DNA of 58,216 bases, counting the filler, from Sluysia triapertura (Eukaryota): NCBI GenBank assembly GCA_046118255.1. It is 4 parts of 4 records of this genome, joined end to end, with 100 filler letters (N's around TTAATTAATTAA, not from the genome) between each part and the next. Parts side by side here need not be neighbours in the genome. Positions count along the whole stretch, not along the records: positions 13,987 to 29,183 come from JBJNIA010235117.1; positions 29,284 to 45,909 come from JBJNIA010199598.1; 2 more parts are not named here. The stretch is one strand, 5' to 3'. This document shows, piece after piece, positions 25,450 to 39,149 of this stretch (the stretch's first letter is position 1; the number at the start of each line of letters is the position of its first letter). The notes under the pieces were generated by a model. That model was not told where the DNA came from, ran no database searches, and saw only the letters and a program-made list of their open reading frames with translations. A program made the translations under genes and the position numbers.

Positions 25450-26450
25450 GTATAAAAATGCAGAAATATAGTAACGTTTTAGTAGTAACAGAAGAATCAT
25501 CAACTGTGAATACTGACTGGTCTGTGAAAACCTATTCGTTAGAAAATTAGAATCATTAAATTATTAATCCTGAATTTGTCTTCGGAAAGTTATACGATAG
25601 AAGATTGGAATTGCCATTGATCGCTGTCGAATTTATCTGGAGAATCCTATTGATCAAATTATATCATCACTGTACTAACTGGAAATTTAATGAATAAGTA
25701 TGATATTTATTTTTAAGTTCTGACATTAATATTTTGCCTCAAAATACACATAAATCATCACATTTTTGAAACTCAAGCATTCGCCTGAGTCAAAATCTTA
25801 TTTAAACTGTAAATTTATTAACCAGGATAAATTCGGTGTATAATTTATATTTTGTTTATTCAATGTTTTGATAAATAGATATTTTGTTTTTCGAACTTTA
25901 CGTGTTTTAAGAAGGAAGTTAAAAAATTGATTAGTATTTAATTTTTGTAATTAATCTTTGATTGTTAGTTGGTTAATTAATTTTTAAACGATTATTTGTT
26001 AATTGTATTAAATTATTTGCATACTTTGTTTTGTTGCATAATTCTATAAAGGTTAAAGAATACTTTGTGAAGTTATAAGAAATATTAAGTTAAAAACATA
26101 AATTATCGAAAAATAATTATTAAATTGTTAAGTATCTCGAAATATAATTAATTGACGTAAAAAGTTATTCTAAAGTTATTAGAATAAGTTATTAAAGGAT
26201 ATCACGTTACATTTCATCTAAGTAGTAAGGAACTGTGAGTACGTCTTTCACGTAATATAAATCGTATATCACAGGTGGATCCGCAAGTTTAATAATTTCA
26301 TAATTGTTGCAAACTTAGAGAAAGTTGAACATTATAAAAAATGTAATAAATAATTATGTTAACCAAAATGTTGTTCAGTTGAATTACCTTAGAATGTACA
26401 TTAATTATATAATATTGAAATACTGTCGGTCGGTCCAATTATATTGAAAT
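25450..26450 (-). mobile_element. Probable decayed LTR-retrotransposon gag/protease region, related to 40450-41200
   Basis: Minus-strand FDSGECLSF (retropepsin DSG-like). Shares AAGCATTCGCCTG and colinear patches with the region near 40710. Confidence 0.35.
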
Positions 26451-27849
26451 ATTATATTGAACTATTGTCCTGTTTCATCAATTGTAGTCTTTTTATAGTC
26501 AGTTTTTGGAATTCTTACATAAATTATTTTAGATATTAACAGTTTGTATTAGAAACTAAATTATTATTTTACATACTAAATTACAATTTATAATATTAAC
26601 AGTTAACTAAGCATTATTAATTACTGTATTGTAAAAATTAAAGTTAAGTTAATGTGATAAACGAAATCTTTATTTCTGGTGGTTATTTCTGGTTATCTTC
26701 TTTGCTTTATAGCTAGAAATATTAATGTATGCTTAGAAACTATAAAGTCTTATTTGGGCAGTCAAAATTCGAAAGACTAAATTATTGCTGTTGATATAAA
26801 CTTCTATAATAATTATTCACTTTATCTGAAAGCGTGAATTATTCTTTTAAATCTTGTTTCGTTAAGCTCTTGTTAAGTTCTGAATATCTCTTAGTTGATT
26901 TCGTATAATCATACTTTGTTTGAGCCTAACTTATAAGATTTTACCATACCGATTTAAAATTTTATTTCAGTTGTAATATCTTAAAGCTACCACAAAGGAA
27001 CTTTTATTTTCCATATTTTACTGTTATGCGGTAGCTCAATTCCTAATCCATATTTTATTCAAAAAGATGAAACGAAATTATATACGATTGCAAATAAAAT
27101 AATGAAGATAATATAATGATAATAAAATGCATAACTAAACTAAAATTTATCTAATATATAAATTAACAAATTTTAATTATAATTTTGTATTTTTTTCAGA
27201 CTTACGGAAAGATAAACAATTCTTACCAATAAAGTTGTTAATATTACAATCAGTTTTCTATCCAAAATTCGATCCAGATCTTTTCGTCTAGGTAAAGTTG
27301 ATAAAATGTTAAATCTTCAATAAATATAACGAATTGATCCAAAATTTCGAAGAAATAATCAATATTTTGTTAGGAAACCATGCATGATTATTATATTTTC
27401 TTAACTTTTTATTGTCTTGATTTTTTAGTCATTTTGAATTTTTATCACTTAACGCTTTATTATTGATTTTTATGGCTAGCTCTTTTTTATTATCACTTGA
27501 ATATTTGTGTGTGTGTGTGTGATTATTTAAAATTATTTAATATCATCAAAACATTGAACTTAGATATTGTTTATATAGTTATTGAATTTCTAAAAGCTTC
27601 TGAGTCCATGGTTTTCGAATTTGATAATATAATCAAAATACCTAATTTATTGAAATTTAATAGTAGAAATCGAACATTAATTTTAAGTAACAATTACCGA
27701 ATTGTTTTTATGAAGTATCACAAAAACATTTATCATATGCTATGGAAATTCAAATTTATTCAATAAAAAATGAAACTAATGGTAAATCATTCACTTCCTC
27801 TAATAAACAATCAATTTATGTGTAGAATTTTACAAGAAAAGACCATTTA

Positions 27850-28550
27850 ATTATTTTTATATTCCTTATATTAAGACTACAATACCTGAAAATAGAAAAT
27901 GGGCGGAAATCATGAATTTCTATTTGGTTTTGAAAATATTAAAGAGTGATTGATATTTTTAGACGCTGAATTTGTCCAAGTCAAGTATAAAAAATTAGGA
28001 TTGGCAAGTATATCAATCTTAAATTACGAAGGAAAAGAAATATTTGTCGCTAAAATTATACCTCGAAATTTGTAACAGATTATATCACAAGAATTACGCA
28101 TTTTACTGAAAATGATTTAATCAAAATGATTATTACTAAAGGGTAAGATATTGGTAGGATATGGACTTGATAATGATCTAATAGTTTTAGAAATAAATAA
28201 AAATAACTTATAGTATAACTGATTTAGGATCTAATAAACAATTATTAAGAAGATTTAAACATCCAGGCCCAAAGGATTAGTTCTTTAATTAAAGAAAAAA
28301 TATGGTTTTATTCATACTCTTAATAAAGAAAGGTGTCGAAGAAATGCAGATAAGACTAAATGATAAATGTTTCTTTAAAATAATTATAATCTAATTAATT
28401 TGCATTTAGATTAATGTTTGATGAATGTATGAAGAATTAATGGTATGAAATAAATGATTTTAAAGTATGCTTTCTTGAGTTGGACAATTTATAACATTTG
28501 GTGGTTCAAAGTAGAAACATAAAATAAACTTATATTTTATAATATTAATA
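27850..28550 (+). mobile_element. Possible Ty3/gypsy integrase remnant
   Basis: Fragments HPGPK and FGGSK in the expected order. Many stops; weak. Confidence 0.25.
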
Positions 28551-29183
28551 ATTTTAATTTTATAAAAGTAATTTTTAAAATTGATTTTAACTTTATATTA
28601 AATGCTTTATGGATATTGGACGGAGAGGATCTGCGCTAAAAGTAGCAAAAGATTTTTCTCTTTGCCACTAAACATAGTCAAAAAAGAATCAAAATGCTTA
28701 TCAAGATATCTAATGTAGTTTTTTTTACAAAAGAGATTAGAAAAAGAAACCTAAACTTTGTGTACTGCTTATTTTGGACTTTAATGTGTGCCGATCAGTT
28801 GATAACGTGTTACATAAATGATGATAAAATATCGTGTCATCTAGTGGCTTACTTTTTAGCCTACTCAAACTGGATCATAGGTGAAGAGCAGTGGGTGATT
28901 TGATATTCTTTAATTTATAATTAACGACTTGACATTTTCTTCTTTCATAAATATTAAGAACGTTTAAACAAAAATAATTAATAAGATTATACATTAACAA
29001 AAAGGGCTTAATGCCCGAATTAACAACTAATTTAAACTTCAAGAAAACATAATGGACACAATATATTAATTTATATAACAAACATAATAACAATAATAAG
29101 TTAATAAACGACGGATAAAATATTTGGCTAAAAAAAATTGGACTCCTTTGTCGAACTCTGGACAATTCATTATAAATATTGTC

Positions 29184-29283
29184 NNNNNNNNNNNNNNNNN
29201 NNNNNNNNNNNNNNNNNNNNNNNNNNNTTAATTAATTAANNNNNNNNNNNNNNNNNNNNNNNNNNNNNNNNNNNNNNNNNNNN
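29184..29283. other. Artificial contig linker
   Basis: N44-TTAATTAATTAA-N44. Confidence 0.98.
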
Positions 29284-30789
29284 AGTTTGTTGTGTTAGAG
29301 ATGGTTGAGATATTAGTTGATTTGTTGGTGTATATGAGTTAATGAGGTGTTGTGATTATCAAATGTTGTTTTATGATGTTTGGGTTGATGTAATTCGAAA
29401 GTAGAAAATATGATTGTTTTAAAATCTGCATTTTAGTGAGATTTGGTTTGTAAATGTTAGCTATAGTATTTTAATGGGTTTTGATTATGAGTGTTGACCA
29501 CTACAGACAATTATACGGTTCTGTTTAAATAAAGAACCAGAATAAAATTAATTAATTTCTAGAAGATTTCACGGTTCCATTTAAGTATAGAACTATAATA
29601 AAATTCATTAATTATTAGATTCTGTTTAAGTAAGAATCAATATAAAATTTGCTAACCATTGATTTCAGTTAAAATTAAGTAAAATAATTCTAGTTTCGAT
29701 TTAAATTTAGAATCTAAATAACTTAAGAATTAGCTAAGAAAATTTCGAAATACTAGAATTGAAATTTATTACTCAAGTGTTTAAATAGAACATTAAACCT
29801 CCATAAACATTAAGATTTTATCTTGCCTCTAAATCAAACGACTACCCCTAACTGGTAAGACTAGATACGTTGGTGAACTTACACATACTTTTATTCGTGT
29901 TAGAGTTACAAACACATCATTTTTTCACATTTAGTTTAAAATGATACATTTGAGTGCCTTTTTAAACTAGGACGAATAATGGTATTTTATTGTCGTACAT
30001 AAATCGACGTGAAAGATTTACAAAATCGATTTATTTTACAAGTTTAAAGCTATAAAAATTATCTCTTGAATTTTGCATCCTTTTTAAAAAGGACTGCCAG
30101 GTAATGCGCTTAATTTAATGGTTTGTAGGTTGAGATAGCATCGAATATTGCAATTTATAAAATAAATATATTATGATTTACCAAGAAAAATGTAATTCAA
30201 ACAATATTAAGAAAAGTACAATTATATTCTACAAATTTAAAGTTTAACAACATTTATGTAAAAAACATAACACATAATTTAACGATTTAAAGTGATCTTA
30301 AAGGTCTTTTCAGTAGTTACGTGTATTTTGTTCTATATTAAATATATACATTTATAAATATAAAACTATCAAGTTTCATATTTATTCATATATTTATTCA
30401 CATATTCATATACATATTCATATGTTTCAAGGTTCATGTGTTTACATATATGTTTATGTATCAAAAAATAAATTGAATTTATACATATTCTAAAAATAAA
30501 TCGTTGCTGAATTAAAATTTAGTTAACCAATTGTTTTAGATTTATATAACGTAATTAATAAATATGGCATTGTTATTATTACTGTAAAAGCATTATTATT
30601 ATTGTTGTTATAAAAACTTATTATAAAATTTTAATTATAAAATTGTAAACAAAAAATGCAAAACTTATAAATTTTTAATTATATAATTTTTAAGTACAAT
30701 TTTAAGTTTTTAAGTATAATTTTTAATTTTTATAAGTTACAACACAAAAATTACTTCTCCAATCAAAAACAGTATTTCACATTAATATT

Positions 30790-32950
30790 TATTCAATACA
30801 TTTCCAAGTCACAACCTTTCAACACCAAAACTTTTCTTTCATTTAAAAACATTAAAGTATATGTAAAAATTCTTTAAAACTTTCATCCATTATATTATAG
30901 CATTAGAATCACAATTACACCTTAAATTTTATTGTAAACGCAAAGACTTAATTTAAAACACCATAAGCGCTTTTGAGTACTTTCGCGGTAGATATGAGCG
31001 CCATATAAATTAATATATTAATATTAATTAATAATAATTACATTTATAAAATCAGTTCAAAACATTTTAATCAAAAAATTTCATTTAAAATTAATTTTAA
31101 AGAATTTCAAGGAATTTTAGTTATATTTATGTCAAGAGATAGGATAATTAAATAAACAGAAAGTTCTTGCATAAAAGTAAAAGATTTATGTATTTTAATT
31201 TTGCATTTTCGTAATTTTTATATTATTATTATTATCATTTTTCATGCGAATATTATTTTTAATTTTTCATTATTACTATTATTATGGTAGCTACCAACAA
31301 ATTCAATTCATTTCTGTCAAGTTTGACAGACTGCTATTTAAAAATTTCAAGTGCCTGTCACCATTTTTACATTTCTTAATTATCAGCTGTTCAGACTGCA
31401 TGGTGCGCATTGATTTTAATTGACGATACACAGCAACTGATTGGACGTCCAATCAATATCAACAGCAGCAAATCAAAAATTAGTAATAGTATTAAAGATA
31501 CAAAAAAGAAATTAATAAGAGAGAGAGAGTTTCATTACAATTTTCAAGAATAACAACTATTTCAACATTATAATATGAATTTTGGTAAACAATTTATTAG
31601 CATTAACAGTTTACAAACAATTTAATGATGTATTTTTTCAGTAAAATGTTAACGGTGACTAAAATAAATAATTATTGTAAAGAAGACAATTTAGAATTTG
31701 AAAAGTAACCAAGTAAATCAAATTAAATTAATTTATATATCAATAACAAAAATTCATTTATAATATCCTCTTACTGATAAAAAGAAGGAAATTAATAAAT
31801 TGGTTAAGTGATGTTAAAAATAGAAGATGATGTATCGCACGATTTTGTCCTGATAGATAGTGATGATCTGACACTTTTTCCAAACTGGTACAGATCTGTG
31901 TTTAATCCAAGAAAGTTTATTCTCTTATAACTACATAAAATTAATATCAAGTTCATGTTACTTATCAAAATGCTTAAGATCAACTGTTGAACAAATTTTA
32001 ATTGGGAATTATTTAAATTGCGATTTTTATGATTCTTAAAAATGAAGCCCTACAAAATAGGTGTAGTTTACCCGAGAGTTCATCATTATATGTGCCATTC
32101 AAATGTGTCAAAGGAGTTAATGTGTCCGACTCTCAGATAGAGGATAACTTACAATTTAGCTATACATGTTCTTTCGATAAAGGCAAGTTAATAAAATATA
32201 ATGAATCCAATTTTGGTATTGATGTATTCTTATGTCTGAAAATGTTAAACACTTATGAAACAAATAATCATGCTAAACATAATACGTATTATGGATTTCG
32301 CACACTGTTGGCGATAGATAAAAATTTTCCAAATGATAAAGAGGATGAAGTATGTGTCAATTTCATAGCCATTCCGTTGATGAACTTGACGAGCTCGGAA
32401 TTAACTTAACACGTGCCACCATACATCGCAACAGAATAGATAACTTGTTAGCAACTTTAGTTACTTCTTCTTCAATACAATGTCCCAGTATAAAAGAGCT
32501 CAAGGTGTCCAACGACAATTACGTAAATCTACAATTCGATCAAGTGGTACCAGATAACATGAAAGCAAATTTTAAATTTCACTGTACTGATTATAAATTA
32601 ATCCTATCTTTTTATTTAGTTAGTCAAACATCTATACGAAGTAAACGGCATATTCGGGAAATAATCAATAAATAATCAATAAATAAATATCAATACTTTT
32701 AGTTCAATTAATATAAATAAATTTAGTTTGTCATGCGAGTTGTTATTTCATTTAAATAATTTTAAAACAATTCTTTTGAATAAAGTAAAAATGAAATATA
32801 TTCTCTTTTATCGTAATCAAGTCTTACTAACGTTTTGTAATAGAATAACTGTAATTTCATCAATAAATATTCGTAATTTTATAATCTTAACCACATTAAA
32901 CCATCAGAAAGAAAAATATTCTTATTATTAAATGGACAAACTTCTTTTTC
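30790..32950 (+). pseudogene. Orphan intronless gene family, copy 1, with upstream flank (ORF fragments 32029-32931)
   Basis: Peptides LIKYNESNF, VDELDELGINLT and NFKFHCTDYKLILSFYL, and about 1.2 kb of upstream DNA, are colinear with 46820-49190. Frameshifted. Confidence 0.7.
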
Positions 32951-35519
32951 TTACAAAATCTTGCTTAAGACAATCATGTACTAAAATGTCAATTCTTAAT
33001 AGTGGTAACAACTTAATTCCTTAAATTTTGATTAACTTGATATTTAGAGTAACGTAACAATTACTCGAAATAAATTAATAAGAAACAACTAATAAATTTT
33101 AAATTTAAATATAATGAATAAATTAGATAAAACGTATACAGAATACAATATGCATAAATATACAAATAAAATTAATAATTAAGAACAAAAATCTTAATCA
33201 AAATTTTATTTTAAAAATTCAGCTTAAACCATGATTAATTCTTGGTTTTATAAAAATGTTGAAAGTTTACCTTAGATTTTAACTCTAATATTATAGAAAA
33301 CATTTAACATTAAAAACTTACGGTAACATGGAATACAAAAATGAATTGTGAAAATAGTTCGTATCTCCGTAATAATGAATCCCAGTCAAAAAACCTTTGT
33401 AACTTGTAGTAATGAATTCCCGTTAAAAAGAAATGCTGTGTAGCGCGTTAACAAAAATGAATTCCACATGTATTACTGTTGTTGCGCTATTCTGTTGATT
33501 TTACACTAGTTGCCGTTATTTGTATTCCACTGTGAGATATTTCACCACAAAAATATCATAAAATATCCATAAAATATTTTTATTTATTTTATAAATTAAT
33601 CATAAAGTTTTATCTACTTAACCATAAAAGTAATAAAAATAATCATAAAAAATATTATTATTAGTTTTTTAATATTAACAAAATTAAATTAATATTTTTC
33701 GTTTATCTTCCATAAATTTTTATTTTCATTAATTTATTAAAACTATTTATAAACTTTTACATAAGTAGATTTATTTTATATACATATTTACAGTAATTTG
33801 TTTTCTATTTATTATTGTTGTTAACACAGATGTCAACGTTTATTGATTTGAGTGTGTCAGCCCTGGCAGTAACTTTGAATACTCAGAGTTTGTAATCAAA
33901 GACTATTGAGTTTGATAATAAAATTATTGAATATTTGATTTTATTTGTATATTAAAAGTGTACAAATTTTTTTGTATAACTGTGACAGTTTAAAGTATAT
34001 ACTGAGATTTCGAATTTGTTTAGTTATTCGGTTGTAATTTGATAATTTAAAATAAAAATAAAAAAGACACAACAATTACTGTTATCATTTGCAACTTTCT
34101 TTACTGTCTAATGAAATGTGAATTAATTTCAGTTGCTGCCAATTCAAATTTCATTAGGAAAATAACCGATAAAAATATAATTAAAAATTCAATTTTATAA
34201 TTCCGCTTAAAAAAGAACCCTATTATTGTTATCAGGAAATAAAAACACCACTGAAATTTCCTGTTATTTTAAAACATTTTTCAAAATCTGATATTGTAAT
34301 ACACCCTCAGCCTTATAGTATCGATCGTAAACAAATCAATAGCTTATATTCACCACTAGCACTTAAATATGAACATTATTTCCTTATTGTCGTGGATGTT
34401 AATTGACTTATTATTGTATTATTGTATTTCATACAAACATTAAATTTCGGTTTAAGGCCTATAACGAAACAAAATAATATTATAAACAAATCAACTAAAT
34501 TCAAAATACCAAAGTTTATTTTAAACAATAACGGAAATAACACAACACATCTCTAAAAATAATTGCTCAGAAAATAGAATTGTTCTAGTTTGATATTAAT
34601 ATATTTCTTTCAATAATTGTAGGAGAAAATACTGTAATATAAGATAATTATTGTCATGATATAGTAATTATCAATTGATGACTGTGCAATATAGCACATG
34701 CGTACCATATTATGCATAAATATGTTATAGTTTCCGTTGAATCATAATATACTACTATAAGATTAGTATAAGAACACAAACTTTCCATGATAACACCAGA
34801 ATTTGTGGTAGTATTCGTAGAAAGTATGGTTAAAATAATTGCTTTAAGTATTAGAATTATTTATGACCTATTTCATCAAAACATTTTAATTTAAATAAAA
34901 ATGATAAGATAATTAAAGCTGAAATATGAGGTGACGTAAACATAAACGCTTCATTGAATTATAACTTCCTTGATCTTTGTGAAAAAAATGATGTAAAAAT
35001 TGATAAATGGAACTTTCATTTACATAATACTATTATATGCTTCGAATTAGGAAAAGGTGTATACTTTTTATAATACACTTAATCGGAAAAAATGTAAATT
35101 GATAATTTCTGAAATCGTCATTGTAAATAAAGTCAAATATATTACCAAATATATTACCTTACCAAAATATTTCCATAACCAACAGTTGACATTGTAATAA
35201 TTAAAAAATACATGGAATCAAATAATGTAATATTTTGCCGTAATGTATGAGTACTTTCAACAAGTTCAAACAAACGAGATCAAATAAACCAAAATGATAA
35301 AAAAATCAACTGTTAATTGATAAATTCGATAATTAAAAAATTTTACGTACGTTATCTCTAATTTTTGCAATCCCCAAATAATTCTTAGAAATATAAAACC
35401 ACGCCATCCATTTTTCAGGAAAATGGCAAGGAATAGATTATATATAGTAAAAATATCAGCAAAAGTAAATTTACTAAATAAAAATGTTTTGAAAAGTAAA
35501 AGTAAATTGCAATAATTAT

Positions 35520-35765
35520 ACAGGATGGTCGCTAGAAAAGCGGAAAATTTGTCAAACAGCTATTTATTTTTACAAAGATTAACTTTTACAAAGTATTTTA
35601 AAGGCATATGTTATATAACACTCATAGATGCTCAAAATGTAATCCGTGAACTTCAGAGCAGCGTCTTAACCTAGAAATCCAAACTCATGTAGCGTTTTGA
35701 AGGATAACTTGTGAGAAATCGTTCCAAGTTTGTTTTCAAATCATCAACAGAGTTTATGTCACTGA
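35520..35765 (-). mobile_element. 3' end remnant of a Tc1/mariner-superfamily element
   Basis: Minus strand reads NSVDDLK.../WNDFSQVILQNAT*VWISRLRRCSEVHGLHFEHL-stop, the typical RLxxCxxxxGxHFE C-terminus, next to a TA-CAGGATGG TIR-like end. Confidence 0.75.
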
Positions 35766-35919
35766 TAATATTTAATAAAAATATAATAAAAAATAACTTA
35801 CCGCGAACATGGAATAATAGTTAAGCCACCATATTGAATCGACGAAGAACAAACCAAAATGGCGACTAGAATCGATAAAAATTTTAAAATGAAGATTAAA
35901 TCGAAACTTATAAATTTAA

Positions 35920-36024
35920 AAATGGCAATTTTCACTAAATTGATGCTTGTTTATATACTAGTCATCAGCCAACAGGAATCTATGGAATGTCCTAAAATGT
36001 TCTAGAACATTCCAGAAGCTTCTA
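35920..36024 (-). promoter_or_regulatory. Heat-shock promoter: HSE array, TATA box and initiator-like site
   Basis: Eight in-phase alternating pentamer cores at 35985-36022 (GAA, TCC, AAA, TTC, GAA, TTC, GAA, TTC). TATATAAA at 35957-35950 on the minus strand, with GCCATTTT about 31 nt from the start of the TATA box. Confidence 0.75.
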
Positions 36025-37796
36025 TTCTATTTTTACAAGCCAATTTTCTTTTTTCGAAAAATTTTTTTGGAAAATAAATATTTTTAAAGTGATTTTAAAG
36101 GTTTTCAAAGATTTTAAAGCATTTTTGATGATTTCAGATAGTTGTGATGGTTGTATTATTATTTATTTATTTATTCTTATCGCGTTAAATAAAGTTTACA
36201 ATAATATTTAGAACAGGATATCATATAAAACTATAAAATGTTACATTTGCACATAGAAATGCAAATAACAATATTGTACTCGATTTAATTGAGTATGTTT
36301 ATTAATTCCATAATAAAGACTATAATAACATATAATATTAAAATGAAGTGTCACATTAAAAGGATTGAATTGTTAAGCAATTAATAATTTATAAGAAATA
36401 TATCAAAATTATAATGTAATTTTGTTTAGCAAGAAAAATAGACTATCTTTGAATTAGCAAGTCAATATTTTGTTCTTTCGTGCGTATAATGAAATAGTAG
36501 AATACGTCTAAGAATTAACTTGAGTTAGATTTTGTGCAAATAAAGATAAATAAATGATTTTGTTTAAACATATTAATTTTCTGAATAAATTATTGACACG
36601 TATCATTTATCTATATATCTTGTATCAGATATGTAAACGTTAGTTTCTTATTACGTCTATAAATAAATATATAACTAAATCAATCAAATTGAATCTAATC
36701 AGATTAGCTACATTTTGTAAAACAGAATAAAATTCTTCTTATTGAATGGATTACCAAAAGGTATTACTGGATCTCTTAGTACTTAAAAAAGGAATTGTTA
36801 CTTCAAGTTACATGTTACTTATACTGCAATTGTTTTCTTGACCAACTAAGTGTGGTAAGCTTCATTCTTATTTTCTGAATTTATTTATGAATTGTTTCTT
36901 TTCCTTTTTTGAAATTTCTAAGTTTTTCTTGAGTTAATTAAATTCATTTTATTTATTTCATTAATAATTTTATTTTAAAATTAGATGTTAAAAATTGTTG
37001 TATCCTTACAGATTGACAAAACGCACTATTTAATCTCTTAGTACCTATGAAAACAATTATATCTCAAACAAGAGTTTTCATTTGTAAAGTGTAGAAATTA
37101 TTACACATTTCTCAGTATAATAAAAAATTAGTAGAGGTCAAAATCATCATTTGGAATTTCGTTATAATTTCGATAAGTTTAAATAGTTTAAATACAATTT
37201 TGAAGAGTAGAATTTCAGAGACATCCCTCCTAGAAACTTGGTTAATATTTCGTAATACATAAATTAAAGTGTTATAATGTATTATAAGAGAATAGTCGTA
37301 CTATGTGAGAGTTTCCACAATTATCGCGTATGAATATAACCATGTTATAGGAAATTTACTTCTACTATTAATTTAATAAAATAGTCGTTTGGTTGTTTAA
37401 TCTGTTGTTTAAACAATTCCATAAAATTTAACTCTAAAATAGAACAAATGCATAATACTAATAACAAATTTATTAAATAACTTTAAGCCTATTATGCAAT
37501 TTAATTATATCACAGACTTTTAAATATGTATTTATATAATATATATAATAAAAATAGGTACCATTTGTAATGAAACTAAAACATTGAAACATATTAATTG
37601 TAAAAATACTGGTTACTTTTGTTTTGTTAGCAATTAGCATTGAAAAACACACGCAAGCTCGTCACTTATAATATGTATATTAATCAAGACATATGTTAGC
37701 ATCAATAATCATAAACGTACAATATATATAAAATTTATATGTACATAATCTTGCAAAAGAAAAATAATGATAAGTTTTAATGTTTTAAAAGAACAA

Positions 37797-38364
37797 TTAA
37801 AATTCTTCATTAAACTGTACAATATTTGCATCAATAGAATGTTTTCTTAAAGTATGTATTGGATTTTGGATTGTTGTATTAGAACAATAAGATTGCCGAC
37901 GTTGAATTCTTATTTCCATTTTCGAATAAGGTCTTTCTCGTTCTGTCGTTAAAAGAGATTTAATTGGAGTTGGTAATTTTGATGCTAAAGCTGAGCTAGA
38001 TCGAAATATTTGAGATTGATTGGCAAATAAGTATGGGTTCGATTGAAAATGTTCTGAGGACTTTCGATCATGAAGCTGTACCTCACATATATCAGATACT
38101 TCTTTATCTGTTATAGAATATTTACGAATAGTTGAAGATTTATCACTACATAAATTATCATTGATAATTGTTTTACATTGTTTTTAAATTTATGTTTATC
38201 TGTCATAATTACCGTTTTGTCAAAAGTATCTTCAGGTAAACCTAATTCACTTAGCGTTGTAGAGAACATACTGTTTGATCTTTCCTTTTTCCGAGGTGTG
38301 CTGTTTATTGGTACACTATCTGATCTATTTGAAGTACTGTTGTTTGATAAATCATGTACCATAC
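37797..38364 (-). CDS. Probable Ser/Thr-rich terminal exon of an unknown gene, with one frameshift
   Basis: Acceptor ttaag|GT ATG. ORF 38362-38111 overlaps a second open frame running to TAA at 37797 (...DKEVSDICEVQLHDRKSS...RRQSYCSN...FNEEF). One indel in the A-run near 38183 joins them. Confidence 0.4.
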
Positions 38365-39149
38365 CTTAATTTATTTTATATTGAGATATAATTTCAATTT
38401 CAATACATAAAAAGCACTATATAAATATAGATTTTTTACTTAGTAATACTATATTTAAAACTTGATTCATTTACAAAATCAAAATAAAAATTTATAATAA
38501 ACAAAATTATTATATAACAATAAAAAATCTATTTAGGTTATAATCACAAATAACTTGGCATTATAAAATTATATAGCTTGAGCAATGGATAAATTTTTTT
38601 ATTATTATAAATTTTTTTTCAACTCACTGTTTTTTTTGGCCAACTTTGTTTTTTTGTCTGAGTGTATTTCATAGGAAATGTAACAACACTACTAATGGTT
38701 ATATGAAATAAAATCCAAATTACTTGAGATTATTTTAGAAGAAAATCAATTATTAGTACCAAATCATCTTATATTAAAACGAAAACTTATGTTTTAATTT
38801 AAGATTAAATATTCTCGCAAGAATTTCTAATATTTTTTGTAAATATTTTTTAACTAATTCCATCTATTAATAGATCTTTAATTGTAATAACAGCAATTTA
38901 AATAAAATTGTAAATAATTAAAAAATTATTCAAATAAAAAATTGTACTGAAAATATTAATTTTGTTGAAAGTTAATAATCATTAAAAATAATTGTTTATG
39001 AATTCGATTTTATCAATAAATAATCAGTATAAATGTGAAAATTATTATAATTCAAATAATTGCTTTATTGCAAATGTGGTTAAAATAATCGTAATTAAAA
39101 ATAATTATTTATCTTCGTGATAAAAGAAATAATATAAATAGAGTTGAAT

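Noticed and set aside
27200-27291. Candidate fifth HDHD5 exon (LRKDKQFLPIKLLILQ)
   Set aside because: Splice phase is incompatible with exon 4 and the frame ends in a stop.
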